From UHGV virus genome UHGV-0268820: 28,814 nt of DNA, one strand, 5' to 3'. The notes below the pieces were generated by a model. That model was not told the DNA's origin, did not search any database, and saw only the letters and a program-made list of their open reading frames with translations. Both the position numbers and the translations under genes were made by a program. Below, piece after piece: positions 17,662-27,689 of this stretch; within the stretch, counting starts at the first letter, position 1; the number at the start of each line of letters is the position of its first letter. This DNA is from a virus.

Positions 17662-18603
17662 ATGATTACTTTTGATCAGGCAACCGTTGACAGCTCTGGT
17701 GCCTTTCTCATCGGGGAGCTGGAGCGACTCGACCAGACGCTGAACCTGCCACTGGTGGGGTACACCTGGACCCGCGATATTCAGTTGCGTGAAGATGTCT
17801 CTATCGCAGATGACATTTCCAGCTGGACGAATACCAGCTTCGCCGCTGCGGGTACTGGTGCAAATCCGAATGGCAAAAACTGGGTAGGCAAAGACTCAAC
17901 CGCTATTGCTGGCGTGAACGTGGATATCGGCAAATCCGGTAACCCGCTGAACCTGTGGGGGATGGAACTTGGCTGGACGGTCATAGAATTGCAGGCTGCT
18001 CAGCAGGTCGGCCGCCCGATTGATACGCAGAAGTATGACGGTATGCAACTGAAATGGCAGATGGATAACGATGAACAGGTATATGTTGGCGATTCCGCAT
18101 TAAACCTGAAAGGCCTTGTTACCCTGGACGGCGTGCCTGTCAACAACGCTGCCAAAACGTGGGCAACCTCAACACCGGACGAAATCCGCGCAAGCATTAA
18201 CCAGGTGCTGTCTGATGCGTGGGCCGCTTCCGGTTACTCTGTGGTTCCGCGTGATTTGCTAATCCCGCCTGAGCAGTTTGCTCTGTTGTCCAGCATCATC
18301 GTTTCATCTGCAGGTAACCAGTCCCTGTTGACGTACCTTCAGACCAACACCATCAGCTATCACCAGAACGGTGTTCCGCTGAATATACGCGCGGTTAAAT
18401 GGCTGAAAGGCCGTGGTGTGGGGAAAAAGGATCGCATGGTTGCGTACACCAACGATAAAAAATACGTCCGCTACCCGCTGGTTCCGCTTCAGAGCGTGCC
18501 GGTGCAGTATCGCGGTCTGTATCAGATCGTCACTTACTACGGCAAGCTGGGTGCGGTTGAGCCAGTGTACAAAGAAACCCTTTCGTACGTTGATGGCATT
18601 TAA
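17662..18603 (+). CDS. major capsid protein (DUF2184-like)
   Basis: 313 aa; position after the scaffold and decoration-like genes; followed by an intergenic stem-loop, as often seen after highly expressed capsid genes. Confidence 0.65.
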   Translation: MITFDQATVDSSGAFLIGELERLDQTLNLPLVGYTWTRDIQLREDVSIADDISSWTNTSFAAAGTGANPNGKNWVGKDSTAIAGVNVDIGKSGNPLNLWGMELGWTVIELQAAQQVGRPIDTQKYDGMQLKWQMDNDEQVYVGDSALNLKGLVTLDGVPVNNAAKTWATSTPDEIRASINQVLSDAWAASGYSVVPRDLLIPPEQFALLSSIIVSSAGNQSLLTYLQTNTISYHQNGVPLNIRAVKWLKGRGVGKKDRMVAYTNDKKYVRYPLVPLQSVPVQYRGLYQIVTYYGKLGAVEPVYKETLSYVDGI

Positions 18604-18610
18604 CAGCCAC

Positions 18611-18631
18611 ATGGCCCCCTGGCGGGGCCAT
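18611..18631 (+). promoter_or_regulatory. intergenic stem-loop after the major capsid gene (possible attenuator or mRNA-stability element)
   Basis: Perfect 8-bp inverted repeat ATGGCCCC-ctggc-GGGGCCAT; no downstream T-run, so not a canonical terminator. Confidence 0.35.
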
Positions 18632-18644
18632 TAAGGATGACCCG

Positions 18645-18866
18645 ATGGCAAAAAATAATGCAGTAATACACGTACATACCCCGTTTGTGCTCACGCTTCC
18701 CGACGGTTCGCGGCGCGAGTTTGTTAAAGGCCGTCATGCTGTGGAGGAAGACGTTGCCACGCACTGGTTCACTCGTGCGCACGCGGAAGTATCCGTTGGC
18801 AAAGCCACAGACGCGCGTAACGAGGTAAAAAATGCCAAAGAATCAAAGTCTGCCAGCGGTAAGTGA
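18645..18866 (+). CDS. hypothetical small structural-module protein (73 aa)
   Basis: ORF with an RBS-like AAGGATGA upstream; position between capsid and connector genes; no recognisable domain. Confidence 0.45.
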   Translation: MAKNNAVIHVHTPFVLTLPDGSRREFVKGRHAVEEDVATHWFTRAHAEVSVGKATDARNEVKNAKESKSASGK

Positions 18867-19239
18867 TTTTCGCCGCGACTTCCCGCAGTTTGCTGACCCT
18901 GCCAAATATCCCGAAGCGCAAATCCAGTTTCGTCTGAATCTGGCCGATGAACTGCTGAGCGAAAACGTCACCAGCAAAAAGTTGTTTCCGTACTTTGCCG
19001 GATTGTTCGTTGCGCACTACATGACGCTCTGGGCGGCAGACAGCCGGGCGATGCTGGCTGGCGGGCCGGGCGGTTCAACCAATGGTGTTCAGTCCTCAAA
19101 GTCCGTGGATAAGGTAAGCGTCAGTTATGACACCAGCGCGACGCTGAATCCTGATGCAGGTTTCTGGAATAACACCCGATATGGCGCTGAATTTTATCAG
19201 TTGATCACGATGTTCGGTGCAGGTGGTCGCCAGCTATGA
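18832..19239 (+). CDS. putative head-tail connector/adaptor protein (DUF4054-like)
   Basis: 135 aa; position and size; overlaps the upstream ORF by 35 nt. Confidence 0.45.
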   Translation: MPKNQSLPAVSDFRRDFPQFADPAKYPEAQIQFRLNLADELLSENVTSKKLFPYFAGLFVAHYMTLWAADSRAMLAGGPGGSTNGVQSSKSVDKVSVSYDTSATLNPDAGFWNNTRYGAEFYQLITMFGAGGRQL

Positions 19240-19790
19240 GTTTCAAAAGCGGTGTAACAACGAGGGTGGATAACGCTAAGGCCATTCTGGATGCGCTCAG
19301 GTCGTTAACCAAAAAAGATGTGCTGGTCGGCATCCCTTCGGAAGACAGCGGGCGGGATGATGTTCCGTTTGGTAATGCGGGCATCGGTTACCTCAACGAA
19401 TACGGCTCACCAGAGCAGAACATCCCGCCACGACCTCACCTGGTCCCCGGCGTTAAATCGGCAGAAGAGCAGACGGTGCCGCAGCTCAAAACCGCGGCGC
19501 AGGCTGCTCTTGATGGTAATGCTGCGGGAGCAGAACGCGCACTCAACCGTGCCGGAACGCTGGCCGCTAATGGCGTCAGGCGTTACATGACTATTACCGG
19601 CTTTACGCCGCTTGCTGACAGCACTGTTGAAGCCCGGGCTCGTCGGGGGCGCAAGGGGGCAACACTGGAACTTGCCCGGCGTGTTGCTGGCGAATCTCCC
19701 GGAACCGATCTGGCGAAACCATTAATTGACACCGGGCAATATCGCAGAGCGATTACCCATGTAGTGAGGGATAAAGATGCCGACTCTTGA
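19236..19790 (+). CDS. hypothetical virion morphogenesis protein
   Basis: 184 aa; ATGA coupling with the upstream gene; position in the head-tail joining cluster. Confidence 0.45.
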   Translation: MSFKSGVTTRVDNAKAILDALRSLTKKDVLVGIPSEDSGRDDVPFGNAGIGYLNEYGSPEQNIPPRPHLVPGVKSAEEQTVPQLKTAAQAALDGNAAGAERALNRAGTLAANGVRRYMTITGFTPLADSTVEARARRGRKGATLELARRVAGESPGTDLAKPLIDTGQYRRAITHVVRDKDADS

Positions 19791-20166
19791 TGTAACAGAT
19801 GTGCTTTTTGACCCCGATTTTTGCGACTTCAATTTGTGGGTAACACGCCGAGTGCAAACGGTGGATGAGGACGGGATCGGCAGCGACAGCGAAGTTAAAA
19901 AGCAGTTTGCCGGAGTCGTAACTGTTGATCGCTCTCTGGAAAACCGTCGTATGCAGGCCGGGCAGGTAATCAGTGGTGCAATTCTGATTGTGACGACTGA
20001 GCGACTGACGCAGGGACAGACTGGCCGTGATGCCGATATCGTGACGTATCAGGGCCGTGATTATCGTGTGACTTTCGTCGACCCGTATACAGCGTATGGT
20101 GCCGGATTCGTTCAGGCGCATTGTGAGTTGCTGCCGTTTGATGGGGGAATTCCGGTTGAGCAATAA
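19777..20166 (+). CDS. hypothetical head-tail joining protein
   Basis: 129 aa; overlaps the upstream gene end; position only. Confidence 0.45.
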   Translation: MPTLDVTDVLFDPDFCDFNLWVTRRVQTVDEDGIGSDSEVKKQFAGVVTVDRSLENRRMQAGQVISGAILIVTTERLTQGQTGRDADIVTYQGRDYRVTFVDPYTAYGAGFVQAHCELLPFDGGIPVEQ

Positions 20167-20704
20167 CACCAGCACAGAGCGCGGATGGCTGATACCAACC
20201 AGTGGCGATCCGGATTATGACGAAGCGCTCGACAGGCTGTTAAGCCAGTGGATGCGTAACGTTTCCGGTCTGTCTGCCGGGATGGTTCGTCCGCGCTGGC
20301 AGAAAGAGCAACCGCCACTGCTACCGGCTGAAACGAACTGGTGTGCGTTTGGGGTTATCGGATGGTCAGGTGATGACAGTCCGGCATTCACCAGACAGAC
20401 CGATGATGGCTCTCAGCTCTGGCGGCATGAAACGATTGAGTGTATGGCTTCGTTTTATGGTCCGGCGGGGATGGTGTATGCGTCCCGGTTTCGTGACGGT
20501 ATATCTGTACCGCAGAACAATGCAGCACTGAATGCGCTGGGGCTGTCTCTTGGCGATTACACAGGTCTGACTCCCTTCCCTGAACTTATTAATCAGCAAT
20601 GGGTCCGCCGCTACGATATGACGGTGCGTCTGCGCCGGAAGGTTGTGCGCGAGTACGGTATTAAATCGCTGGTGGAAGCACCAGTCATCTTTTTCGGAGA
20701 TTAA
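20141..20704 (+). CDS. hypothetical tail-completion/neck protein
   Basis: ORF open from 20096; start is ambiguous (ATG 20141, or TTG 20156 preceded by GGGGGA); position immediately before the tail sheath gene. Confidence 0.45.
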   Translation: MGEFRLSNNTSTERGWLIPTSGDPDYDEALDRLLSQWMRNVSGLSAGMVRPRWQKEQPPLLPAETNWCAFGVIGWSGDDSPAFTRQTDDGSQLWRHETIECMASFYGPAGMVYASRFRDGISVPQNNAALNALGLSLGDYTGLTPFPELINQQWVRRYDMTVRLRRKVVREYGIKSLVEAPVIFFGD

Positions 20705-20707
20705 GCT

Positions 20708-21853
20708 ATGGCACAGGGCTTGCCTGTATCAAACGTTGTTAATGTTGATGTGATCATGTCGCCGCGTGCAGCATCAGGGCGAAATTTTGGTGCATTACTC
20801 ATTCTCGGCCCGTCCACAATCATTCCGGTAAGTGAGCGCATTCGTCGTTATTCTGCCGCGGAAGATATTGGAAAAGATTTTGGCGTGGAATCACCAGAAT
20901 ATAAAGCTGCGCAGGTGTTTTTCTCACAATCACCGAAACCTCAGGAGGTTTTTGTTGGTCGTTGGGTGAAAACGAAGGGAGACAGCGAACAGGCCACGCC
21001 TGAGACGCTGGAGAAGGCTGTGAATGCCATGCTTGATTATACTTCATGGTATGGGCTGGGGATTGCAGACGATGCAGATATTCCGGATGCAGACTGGCTG
21101 AAAGTGGCTGCGGCGATCGAATCCTCTTCTGTAAGCCGTATTCTGGCGATTACGACAAGCGATGAGAAATGCCTGCAGACTGCATCCAGCGATGATTTGG
21201 CATCAAAACTGAAAACCGCCGGATATTCACGCAGTTTTATTCAGTATTCATCGGGTAATAAATACGCTGCGTTATCTGCATTTGGCCGGGCATTCACGGT
21301 TAATTTCAATGGCAGTAATACCGCGATTACGCTCAAGTTTAAGCAGGAGCCGGGTGTCGGGTATGAAACACTGACAGTCAGCCAGGCATCGGCACTTGAT
21401 GCAAAAAACTGCAATGTGTTCGTGTACTACCAGAATGATACAGCTATCCTCCAGCAGGGAGTGATGGCTAACGGCGATTTCTTTGATGAACGCCACGGCC
21501 TGGACTGGTTACAGAATTATGTGCAGACCAACCTCTATAACCTGCTTTATACCAGCACCACGAAGGTTCCCCAGACTGAAGCCGGTATTACCCGACTGTT
21601 ATCAAATGTTGAAAAATCACTGGATCAGGCCGTTCAGAATGGACTGATTGCTCCGGGCGTATGGAACGGGGGCGACCTTGGCCAGTTGTCATCAGGTGAC
21701 ACGCTGCCCAAAGGTTATTACGTATACGCCCAGCCGCTGGATGAACAGGCACGATCAGAACGTGAAGCCCGTAAGGCTCCGGTGATTCAGGCTGCAATAA
21801 AACTTGCAGGCGCGGTTCATTACGCTGACGTACAGATTAACGTTGTTCGCTAA
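20708..21853 (+). CDS. tail sheath protein (DUF3383-like)
   Basis: 381 aa; followed by a tube-like gene, a chaperone pair with frameshift, and a tape measure gene - the canonical contractile-tail order. Confidence 0.7.
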   Translation: MAQGLPVSNVVNVDVIMSPRAASGRNFGALLILGPSTIIPVSERIRRYSAAEDIGKDFGVESPEYKAAQVFFSQSPKPQEVFVGRWVKTKGDSEQATPETLEKAVNAMLDYTSWYGLGIADDADIPDADWLKVAAAIESSSVSRILAITTSDEKCLQTASSDDLASKLKTAGYSRSFIQYSSGNKYAALSAFGRAFTVNFNGSNTAITLKFKQEPGVGYETLTVSQASALDAKNCNVFVYYQNDTAILQQGVMANGDFFDERHGLDWLQNYVQTNLYNLLYTSTTKVPQTEAGITRLLSNVEKSLDQAVQNGLIAPGVWNGGDLGQLSSGDTLPKGYYVYAQPLDEQARSEREARKAPVIQAAIKLAGAVHYADVQINVVR

Positions 21854-21863
21854 GGGGAAGTGA

Positions 21864-22304
21864 ATGTCTACCTATTCTTTTATGGATGTCACTGCGACGC
21901 TGACCGGGCCGACCGGTTCGATTGACCTCGGGTACGGTTCTGCAAGTTCTGAAGAGGGGATTGTGGTTGCGATGGGCGGCCCTAAAAACACCATGACCAT
22001 CGGTGCTGATGGCGAAGTGATGCACAGTCTCCATGCAGATAAAAGCGGGACGATTACCGTTAACCTTCTGAAGACATCACCGACAAATAAAAAATTGTCG
22101 CTGGCGTATAACGCACAGAGCCAGTCTTCTGCCACATGGGGGAATAACGTTATCGTGATCCGCAACAAGGTCAGCGGCGACATCATCACGGCACGTAGTG
22201 TTGCGTTCCAGAAACAACCGGATAATGCCAACGCTAAAACCGGTAATACGATGCCGTGGGTGTTTGACTGCGGCAAGATTGACCAGGTTCTCGGGGAGTT
22301 TTAA
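21864..22304 (+). CDS. tail tube protein (DUF3277-like)
   Basis: 146 aa; position between sheath and chaperone genes. Confidence 0.65.
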   Translation: MSTYSFMDVTATLTGPTGSIDLGYGSASSEEGIVVAMGGPKNTMTIGADGEVMHSLHADKSGTITVNLLKTSPTNKKLSLAYNAQSQSSATWGNNVIVIRNKVSGDIITARSVAFQKQPDNANAKTGNTMPWVFDCGKIDQVLGEF

Positions 22305-22307
22305 TAC

Positions 22308-22760
22308 ATGGAATTCGAAATTAAAGGCGTGAAATATCGCGTGGCAAAACTCAGCGTTTTTGACCAGCTGAAAGTGACCCGCAAACTTCTGCCGGTACTG
22401 GCGGGAATGATGTCAGATTTCGGGAGCATTCGCTCCCGTTTGCCTGCTGATGGCAAAATCGACACCGTGAAATTCGAGCAGTTAAAACCGGTGTTTGAAA
22501 CCATGCTCCCGCGTATCGCTGAGGAACTGTCTTCCCTGACTGAAGAAGATACCAACGCGATTATTCATCCTTGCCTGGCTGTAGTATCACGTAAGCACAT
22601 GGACGGATGGACGCCGGTATTCAACAGCGGTCAGCTGATGTTCGATGATATCGACCTGCTGGTCATGCTGCAGCTGGTGGCGCGGGTGGTCGCCGATTCA
22701 CTGGGAAATTTTTTGCCTACACCCCTTACCAGCACGACACAGAGCCTGCAACAGGGCTGA
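22308..22760 (+). CDS. tail assembly chaperone (short, in-frame product)
   Basis: 150 aa; located between the tube and tape measure genes; contains a slippery heptamer near its 3' end and an open -1 frame downstream. Confidence 0.7.
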   Translation: MEFEIKGVKYRVAKLSVFDQLKVTRKLLPVLAGMMSDFGSIRSRLPADGKIDTVKFEQLKPVFETMLPRIAEELSSLTEEDTNAIIHPCLAVVSRKHMDGWTPVFNSGQLMFDDIDLLVMLQLVARVVADSLGNFLPTPLTSTTQSLQQG

Positions 22761-22948
22761 CGTTTAACAGCCTGCCGGACGGGCTGTCCTACCTTCTCAA
22801 TCCGGTTGACGCCGGGTTAATTCCTTATACAGCACTTAAAGATGGCTCTGTCGATTTGTATGACATTGCTCTCTTGAATGACCATCTGGCGGTAAAAGCG
22901 GATAACCAGCGACGCATTGAGAAATGGAGAGAGGATAATGAACGCTGA
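22308..22948 (+). CDS. tail assembly chaperone, -1 frameshift-extended product (lambda G-T / Mu gp41-42 analogue)
   Basis: Slippery heptamers A_AAT_TTT / T_TTT_TTG at about 22704-22713; the -1 frame is open from there with no start codon for about 78 codons, to a TGA just inside the tape measure gene start (about 22946-22948). Confidence 0.5.
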
Positions 22949-24944
22949 AACTATTAAAGATTTCCTCGTCTCGCTTGGCTTCAGTGTGGATGATGCAGGA
23001 GCGAAAAAGTTCGGTTCTGTCCTCGCCGGTACAACTGCAAATGTCATCAAAATGGGGCTGGCTGTTGAAGGGGCTGCGCTGTCCGTGGTGGCCTTCACGG
23101 CTAAGATCGCCTCCGGCCTGGATAATCTTTACTGGGCGTCACAGCGCACCGGCGCGACGGTCCAGGGAATTCAGTCTATTGGCTATGCGGTTTCGCAGGT
23201 TGGCGGCAGTGTGGACGCTGCGCGATCTTCTCTGGAAAGCCTCTCCCGGTTTATTCGTAACAATCCCGGAGCAGAAGGCTTTCTGAATCGCCTGGGCGTA
23301 CAGACCCGTGATGCCAGCGGTAACATGCGTGACATGGCTGCTATCTTTACGGGCGTTGGACAGAAACTCAGCAGCATGCCGTATTACCGGGCTAACCAGT
23401 ATGCGCAGATGCTGGGCATTGACGAAAATACCCTGATGGCTATGCGTCGCGGAGTGGGGCAGTTCAGCGCTCAGTATTCAGAAATGGTGAAAGCGATCGG
23501 ATTTAATGCCGATCAGGCTGCCTTATCGTCAAACCGGTTTATGACCTCGCTGAAATCGCTCGGTGAAATGGCCAGGATGGCGCGGGACAAAATCGGATCG
23601 AATCTTGCGGACGGACTGGCGGGGCAGATTGATAACCTGCGCAAAAAGATAATTGAAAATTTTCCCAAAATTGAAGTCACCATCACAAAGGTCATAAAGG
23701 GGATCCTCTGGCTGGGTGAGATAGTCGGGCGGGTAGCATTTCGGATAGTCGATGGTGTCGGAGATATCATCGAGTGGTGGGGGAAACTGGATGCCGAAAC
23801 GAAAACCCTGATAGAGGTTATCGGCGGTCTGGTTGTCGCCATGCGGATACTTAACTCTACTTTCTGGATGTCACCTATAGGGCTGATTACTGGTCTGATC
23901 GTGGCTCTCGGTCTCTTGTGGGAAGACTACAAAACATGGAAAGAAGGCGGTAACAGCCTTATCGACTGGGAAAAATGGCAACCGGCAATAGATAAAGCGA
24001 AGGATGCGATCACCTGGCTTCGTGATCACCTTCTGGAACTAAAAGATGGTGTTGGCGGCTGGCAAAATGCACTGGAAATCCTCGGTACATTCATCGCGGG
24101 TGTCTGGGTATCCAGGGTTCTGGGGGCTTTCGGAAAAATATCAGGTTTACCGATCCCACCCTGGCTTAAATTGTGGGCGCTTTACGCGGGCTATATTGTT
24201 AGTGACAGAGAAAATATTGCCGATAGCGCAAAATCTTCACTGAGGTATACGAAGCGAATTATCGGCGACACGCTGGCTGCTATTGGTATAAAAACAGATA
24301 TCGGACGCAGGGATGTCAGTGAGGTCCGTGAATGGCCTGCGTGGATGGACTGGTTGCACGGGGGACCCGGTAAAGTTATCCGGCAGGGACAGAGTAACGG
24401 TGTAGTGCATGGCTCCAACGTCCAGCCCGACATCCCCGGCGGCGGCACTCTTGCTGATCGCAACAATAACCCCGGGAACATTCGCCCGGTGAGCGGTAAA
24501 GGGTTCCGGTTTTTCGAATCAGCGCTTGAGGGCTGGGAGGCGATGAAAAACCAGCTCATGCGTTACTTTACCGGGAAAACAACCGGACGGGCATTACAGA
24601 CTATTCAGGATATTGTCAGTACCTGGGCCCCGGCAGGTGATAACAACGATCCGAAAAAGTATGCACAGGATGTTGCGAAATGGATGGGAGTATCACCGAA
24701 TGCAATATTGAATCTTACAGATCCCCGGACTATGGGAGCATTGATGCAGTCGATGGCGCGCAAAGAAGGTTATTCAAACTGGAACAGCCCGCTGGCGTAT
24801 CAGGCCGCCGCTGGCAGCCTTAACCAGCAGACTGTTATAAATGTTCATGGAGTTAACAACCCTCAGGAGGCGGCTAATCTGATTGCTGACAAGCAGGGGG
24901 CTGTAAATGCCAGGGCGGTACAGCAATTGAAAGGGCCTGCGTGA
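22938..24944 (+). CDS. tail tape measure protein
   Basis: 668 aa from ATG 22938 (strong RBS GGAGAGAGG; the track start 22917 lacks an RBS); alpha-helical N-terminal half, hydrophobic central segments (LIEVIGGLVVAMRILNSTFWMSPIGLITGLIVALGLLW), globular C-terminal domain. Confidence 0.8.
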   Translation: MNAETIKDFLVSLGFSVDDAGAKKFGSVLAGTTANVIKMGLAVEGAALSVVAFTAKIASGLDNLYWASQRTGATVQGIQSIGYAVSQVGGSVDAARSSLESLSRFIRNNPGAEGFLNRLGVQTRDASGNMRDMAAIFTGVGQKLSSMPYYRANQYAQMLGIDENTLMAMRRGVGQFSAQYSEMVKAIGFNADQAALSSNRFMTSLKSLGEMARMARDKIGSNLADGLAGQIDNLRKKIIENFPKIEVTITKVIKGILWLGEIVGRVAFRIVDGVGDIIEWWGKLDAETKTLIEVIGGLVVAMRILNSTFWMSPIGLITGLIVALGLLWEDYKTWKEGGNSLIDWEKWQPAIDKAKDAITWLRDHLLELKDGVGGWQNALEILGTFIAGVWVSRVLGAFGKISGLPIPPWLKLWALYAGYIVSDRENIADSAKSSLRYTKRIIGDTLAAIGIKTDIGRRDVSEVREWPAWMDWLHGGPGKVIRQGQSNGVVHGSNVQPDIPGGGTLADRNNNPGNIRPVSGKGFRFFESALEGWEAMKNQLMRYFTGKTTGRALQTIQDIVSTWAPAGDNNDPKKYAQDVAKWMGVSPNAILNLTDPRTMGALMQSMARKEGYSNWNSPLAYQAAAGSLNQQTVINVHGVNNPQEAANLIADKQGAVNARAVQQLKGPA

Positions 24945-25594
24945 TGGACTTTTTATCTGTTTTACTGCAGCAGCGAACCCGCTCAATAGGAATCATTATT
25001 CCTGATGTGGTTATTACCGAAAAGCACACTGACGCCCTGGAAATTACGGAACATCCGGTTGAACAGCCCACGAATGCTGGTGCCAGTGGTGAGGGCGCTG
25101 GTTACATATCAGAACACGCATTCAGGCGCCCTTCTGAGGTTGTGATGGAAACCGGTTTTTCCGGAGGCGGATCGCTGCTTGATTTTGCCAGTAACCTGAC
25201 TGCTACCAGTTTACTGGGGCTGAGCCCGAAAGAACTGTATCAGGAACTGCTTAACCTGCAGCGGAATCGTATTCCTTTCGATGTGACAACCGGCAAGCGT
25301 ATTTACAACAATATGTTGATAAAAACGCTGGAGGTCACGACCGATAAGAGTAGTGAAAATGTGCTTCTGGCGACACTTACCCTCAGGGAAGTAATTATTA
25401 CCTCCACGCAGTCAGTCAGGGTAGCCCCGAAAAACAGTATGACCGAGGGAGTCGGAACGTCTGCTGTGCAGAATACAGGCACCAAAACAACGGTGCCGCC
25501 GAATAATTCCATTCTGAAATCGCTGCCACAGATGGCGCAAGAAGGTATCTCCACTGTTGATGGGTATTTGAGCAATTTATTTCTGGGAAGGTGA
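24941..25594 (+). CDS. hypothetical tail/baseplate protein
   Basis: 217 aa; ATGA overlap with the tape measure stop; position only. Confidence 0.5.
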   Translation: MMDFLSVLLQQRTRSIGIIIPDVVITEKHTDALEITEHPVEQPTNAGASGEGAGYISEHAFRRPSEVVMETGFSGGGSLLDFASNLTATSLLGLSPKELYQELLNLQRNRIPFDVTTGKRIYNNMLIKTLEVTTDKSSENVLLATLTLREVIITSTQSVRVAPKNSMTEGVGTSAVQNTGTKTTVPPNNSILKSLPQMAQEGISTVDGYLSNLFLGR

Positions 25595-25597
25595 TTC

Positions 25598-25900
25598 ATG
25601 AAAGCCGTAGAAATCCCACTGGTTGCTGACAATCAGACTTTTGCCACCACAATTAACGGTTCGGTTTATCACCTGTCTGTCATCTGGCGAGGCGAGTACT
25701 GGGTTCTGGATCTTGCTGACAGCAATGGCTCCGCCATTATATCAGGTATACCGATGATTACGGGGGCTGACCTGCTGGCACAGTATCGATATATGGATCT
25801 GGGTTTTTCTCTGGTGGTGCTCTGCGACGTGGCAGGGCAGGAGAATCCGACGCAATTCGATCTTGGAACGCTCTCACACCTCTATGTTTTCACGGAGTAA
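25598..25900 (+). CDS. hypothetical tail/baseplate protein
   Basis: 100 aa; tightly packed in the tail operon; position only. Confidence 0.45.
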   Translation: MKAVEIPLVADNQTFATTINGSVYHLSVIWRGEYWVLDLADSNGSAIISGIPMITGADLLAQYRYMDLGFSLVVLCDVAGQENPTQFDLGTLSHLYVFTE

Positions 25901-25902
25901 CA

Positions 25903-26937
25903 ATGTCGAAAAACTGGATGCGTCACTTTGAATTATTGCTTGTTGATGATAAGGGCGACGGGATAAAAATTTCTGAGCTTAAAGTCACTTTCAATATTCA
26001 GAAAATGCCTGCGACCATATTTAATGGATTCGTTGGAAATTTTAAGGTTTATAACCTGTCTCCTACCACTCAGAACCGGATTATGCAGAAGGAGTTTTCG
26101 CGTATACAGGTTATTGCCGGATACAAGGGGCAACCGGATGCAGCAGGTAATTATCCTGATGAAAACGTTGGTATGATATTCAATGGAGATATCCGTTTTA
26201 CTGTCACTGGTAAAGATAATGCCACAGACAGTTGGATCATGTTGCAGTGTATTGACAGCTGGGAAGGCCACCTGAACGCAAGTGTGAAAACCACAGTGGC
26301 AGCTGGCTGGAAGTACAGAGATCTTTTCAGTCTGGGTATGAAATCATTCGAACCATATGGCATCGAATCCGGCGCAGTTCCTGACATGCCTGAAACGGTA
26401 TTTCCCCGGGGTCGCGTTGTTTATCAAAACACATCAAGGTTGATGAATCATATCGCAGGGCAGTGTAAGGCTAACTGGTGGTATGAAAATAATCTGGTAA
26501 ATATTGTTCCTGAAGATAAATATATTGGTGTTGCTACGGTGTTGAATGCTAACACCGGGCTTATCGGTATGCCACAGCAGACGATGGGAGCTGGCGTAAA
26601 TGTCAGATGTCTGATTAATCCAAATATTAAGCTCGGTGGGCTTATTCGTCTGGATCAGGCATCTGTATACCGTGCCTCTTTGAGTAATGACCAGGTAGCG
26701 AAATCGCCAGCACGACTGGATGAGTCTGAAAGCGACGGTAATCTCTACGTTAACGGTCTGCCAGGCATGTCACAGCCTGCCAGCATTAATACTGACGGTG
26801 ATTACATTGTGGGCAGCATTGATTATACTGGCGACACCCGAGGGCAGGCGTGGTATATGGACCTGCTTTGCCTGGCTAAAGGTGGCAAAGAACTATTGGC
26901 AAAAGGCACTTTGGACAAAGGCGGAGATGTAGAGTGA
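25903..26937 (+). CDS. putative baseplate hub/tail protein
   Basis: 344 aa; located between the tape measure-distal genes and the spike gene; no motif-level assignment possible. Confidence 0.5.
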   Translation: MSKNWMRHFELLLVDDKGDGIKISELKVTFNIQKMPATIFNGFVGNFKVYNLSPTTQNRIMQKEFSRIQVIAGYKGQPDAAGNYPDENVGMIFNGDIRFTVTGKDNATDSWIMLQCIDSWEGHLNASVKTTVAAGWKYRDLFSLGMKSFEPYGIESGAVPDMPETVFPRGRVVYQNTSRLMNHIAGQCKANWWYENNLVNIVPEDKYIGVATVLNANTGLIGMPQQTMGAGVNVRCLINPNIKLGGLIRLDQASVYRASLSNDQVAKSPARLDESESDGNLYVNGLPGMSQPASINTDGDYIVGSIDYTGDTRGQAWYMDLLCLAKGGKELLAKGTLDKGGDVE

Positions 26938-27269
26938 AAAAAGTATTTTTTTGTTTATTCTTGGCCCTGCCGTTAACAGTTTCGGCGGCAACGCAGTGCG
27001 GACCATTCCGCTTTGATGCTGGTAATGATGGCCTCATGCACATCAATGGTCAAAAGCCAGAAACACAAAAAATGACCTTTTTGAAACAAAAAGACGATTT
27101 CGATAATGTCATGATGCAATGGATGTTACCTGATCCTAATACTGGACGTTGGTTAGGTATGGACTACATCAAACGAAACAAAAAAGCGATCCTCAACGTT
27201 GAAGTTATCCGCAAAAATATGGACGAGCCTCGGGAGTTCTGGACGTATGATTGCCGGAAGGTGAAGTGA
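26934..27269 (+). CDS. small secreted protein with Sec signal peptide (moron cargo, unknown function)
   Basis: GTG start overlapping the previous stop (GTGA); N-terminus MKKVFFCLFLALPLTVSAATQ has an n-h-c signal peptide with an AxA-like cleavage site; two Cys in the mature part; coding sequence AT-rich relative to the flanking tail genes. Confidence 0.55.
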   Translation: MKKVFFCLFLALPLTVSAATQCGPFRFDAGNDGLMHINGQKPETQKMTFLKQKDDFDNVMMQWMLPDPNTGRWLGMDYIKRNKKAILNVEVIRKNMDEPREFWTYDCRKVK

Positions 27270-27344
27270 ATTACATTGGCGTCCAGCTTCTGCAGAACAG
27301 CATGGATGCACCGAAAATCATCGGTTCCTTTCCATGCAAAAAGA

Positions 27345-27372
27345 TTGTTGATTAATCACTCGTAATTATAAT
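27345..27372 (+). promoter_or_regulatory. sigma70-like promoter (TTGTTG-16-TATAAT) internal to the tail gene cluster, driving the small membrane-protein gene
   Basis: TTGTTG at 27345-27350 and TATAAT at 27367-27372 in a 139-bp AT-rich intergenic region; AAGGA RBS before ATG 27409. Confidence 0.45.
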
Positions 27373-27408
27373 GTGATACTTCTACTTTCACGATAAGGAA
27401 TTTGTCAC

Positions 27409-27648
27409 ATGTTCGGATTTGATAAATTAATAACTCCAAAAATCATCAACGTTCTGTATGGCATCACAATGTTACTTCTGGTTGTTGCCGCCATTATAAC
27501 GTTTGTTAATGGGAAGGCTGCTGGCGCTTTAGTGCTTTTGTTATGTGCTGTATTTTGCCGAATATTCTTTGAGTGCATCATGGTTTCATTTAAAAACAAT
27601 GAGTATCTTCGCCGAATAGCTGAAGCGTTAGAAGCAAACAAGCAGTAA
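27409..27648 (+). CDS. small inner-membrane protein with two predicted TM helices (moron cargo, unknown function)
   Basis: 79 aa; two hydrophobic stretches (VLYGITMLLLVVAAIITFV and ALVLLLCAVFCRIFFECIMV); own promoter and terminator; AT-rich. Confidence 0.6.
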   Translation: MFGFDKLITPKIINVLYGITMLLLVVAAIITFVNGKAAGALVLLLCAVFCRIFFECIMVSFKNNEYLRRIAEALEANKQ

Positions 27649-27664
27649 TGAAACTTCAATAATG

Positions 27665-27689
27665 AACCCGCCACCCGGCGGGTTTTTTA
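27665..27689 (+). terminator. Rho-independent terminator closing the moron
   Basis: Stem AACCCGCC/GGCGGGTT with loop ACCC, followed by TTTTTT (27683-27688). Confidence 0.7.

Noticed and set aside
19753-20175. 140-aa minus-strand ORF within the head-tail joining genes
   Set aside because: Overlaps two coupled + strand genes in an otherwise unidirectional late operon; no RBS.
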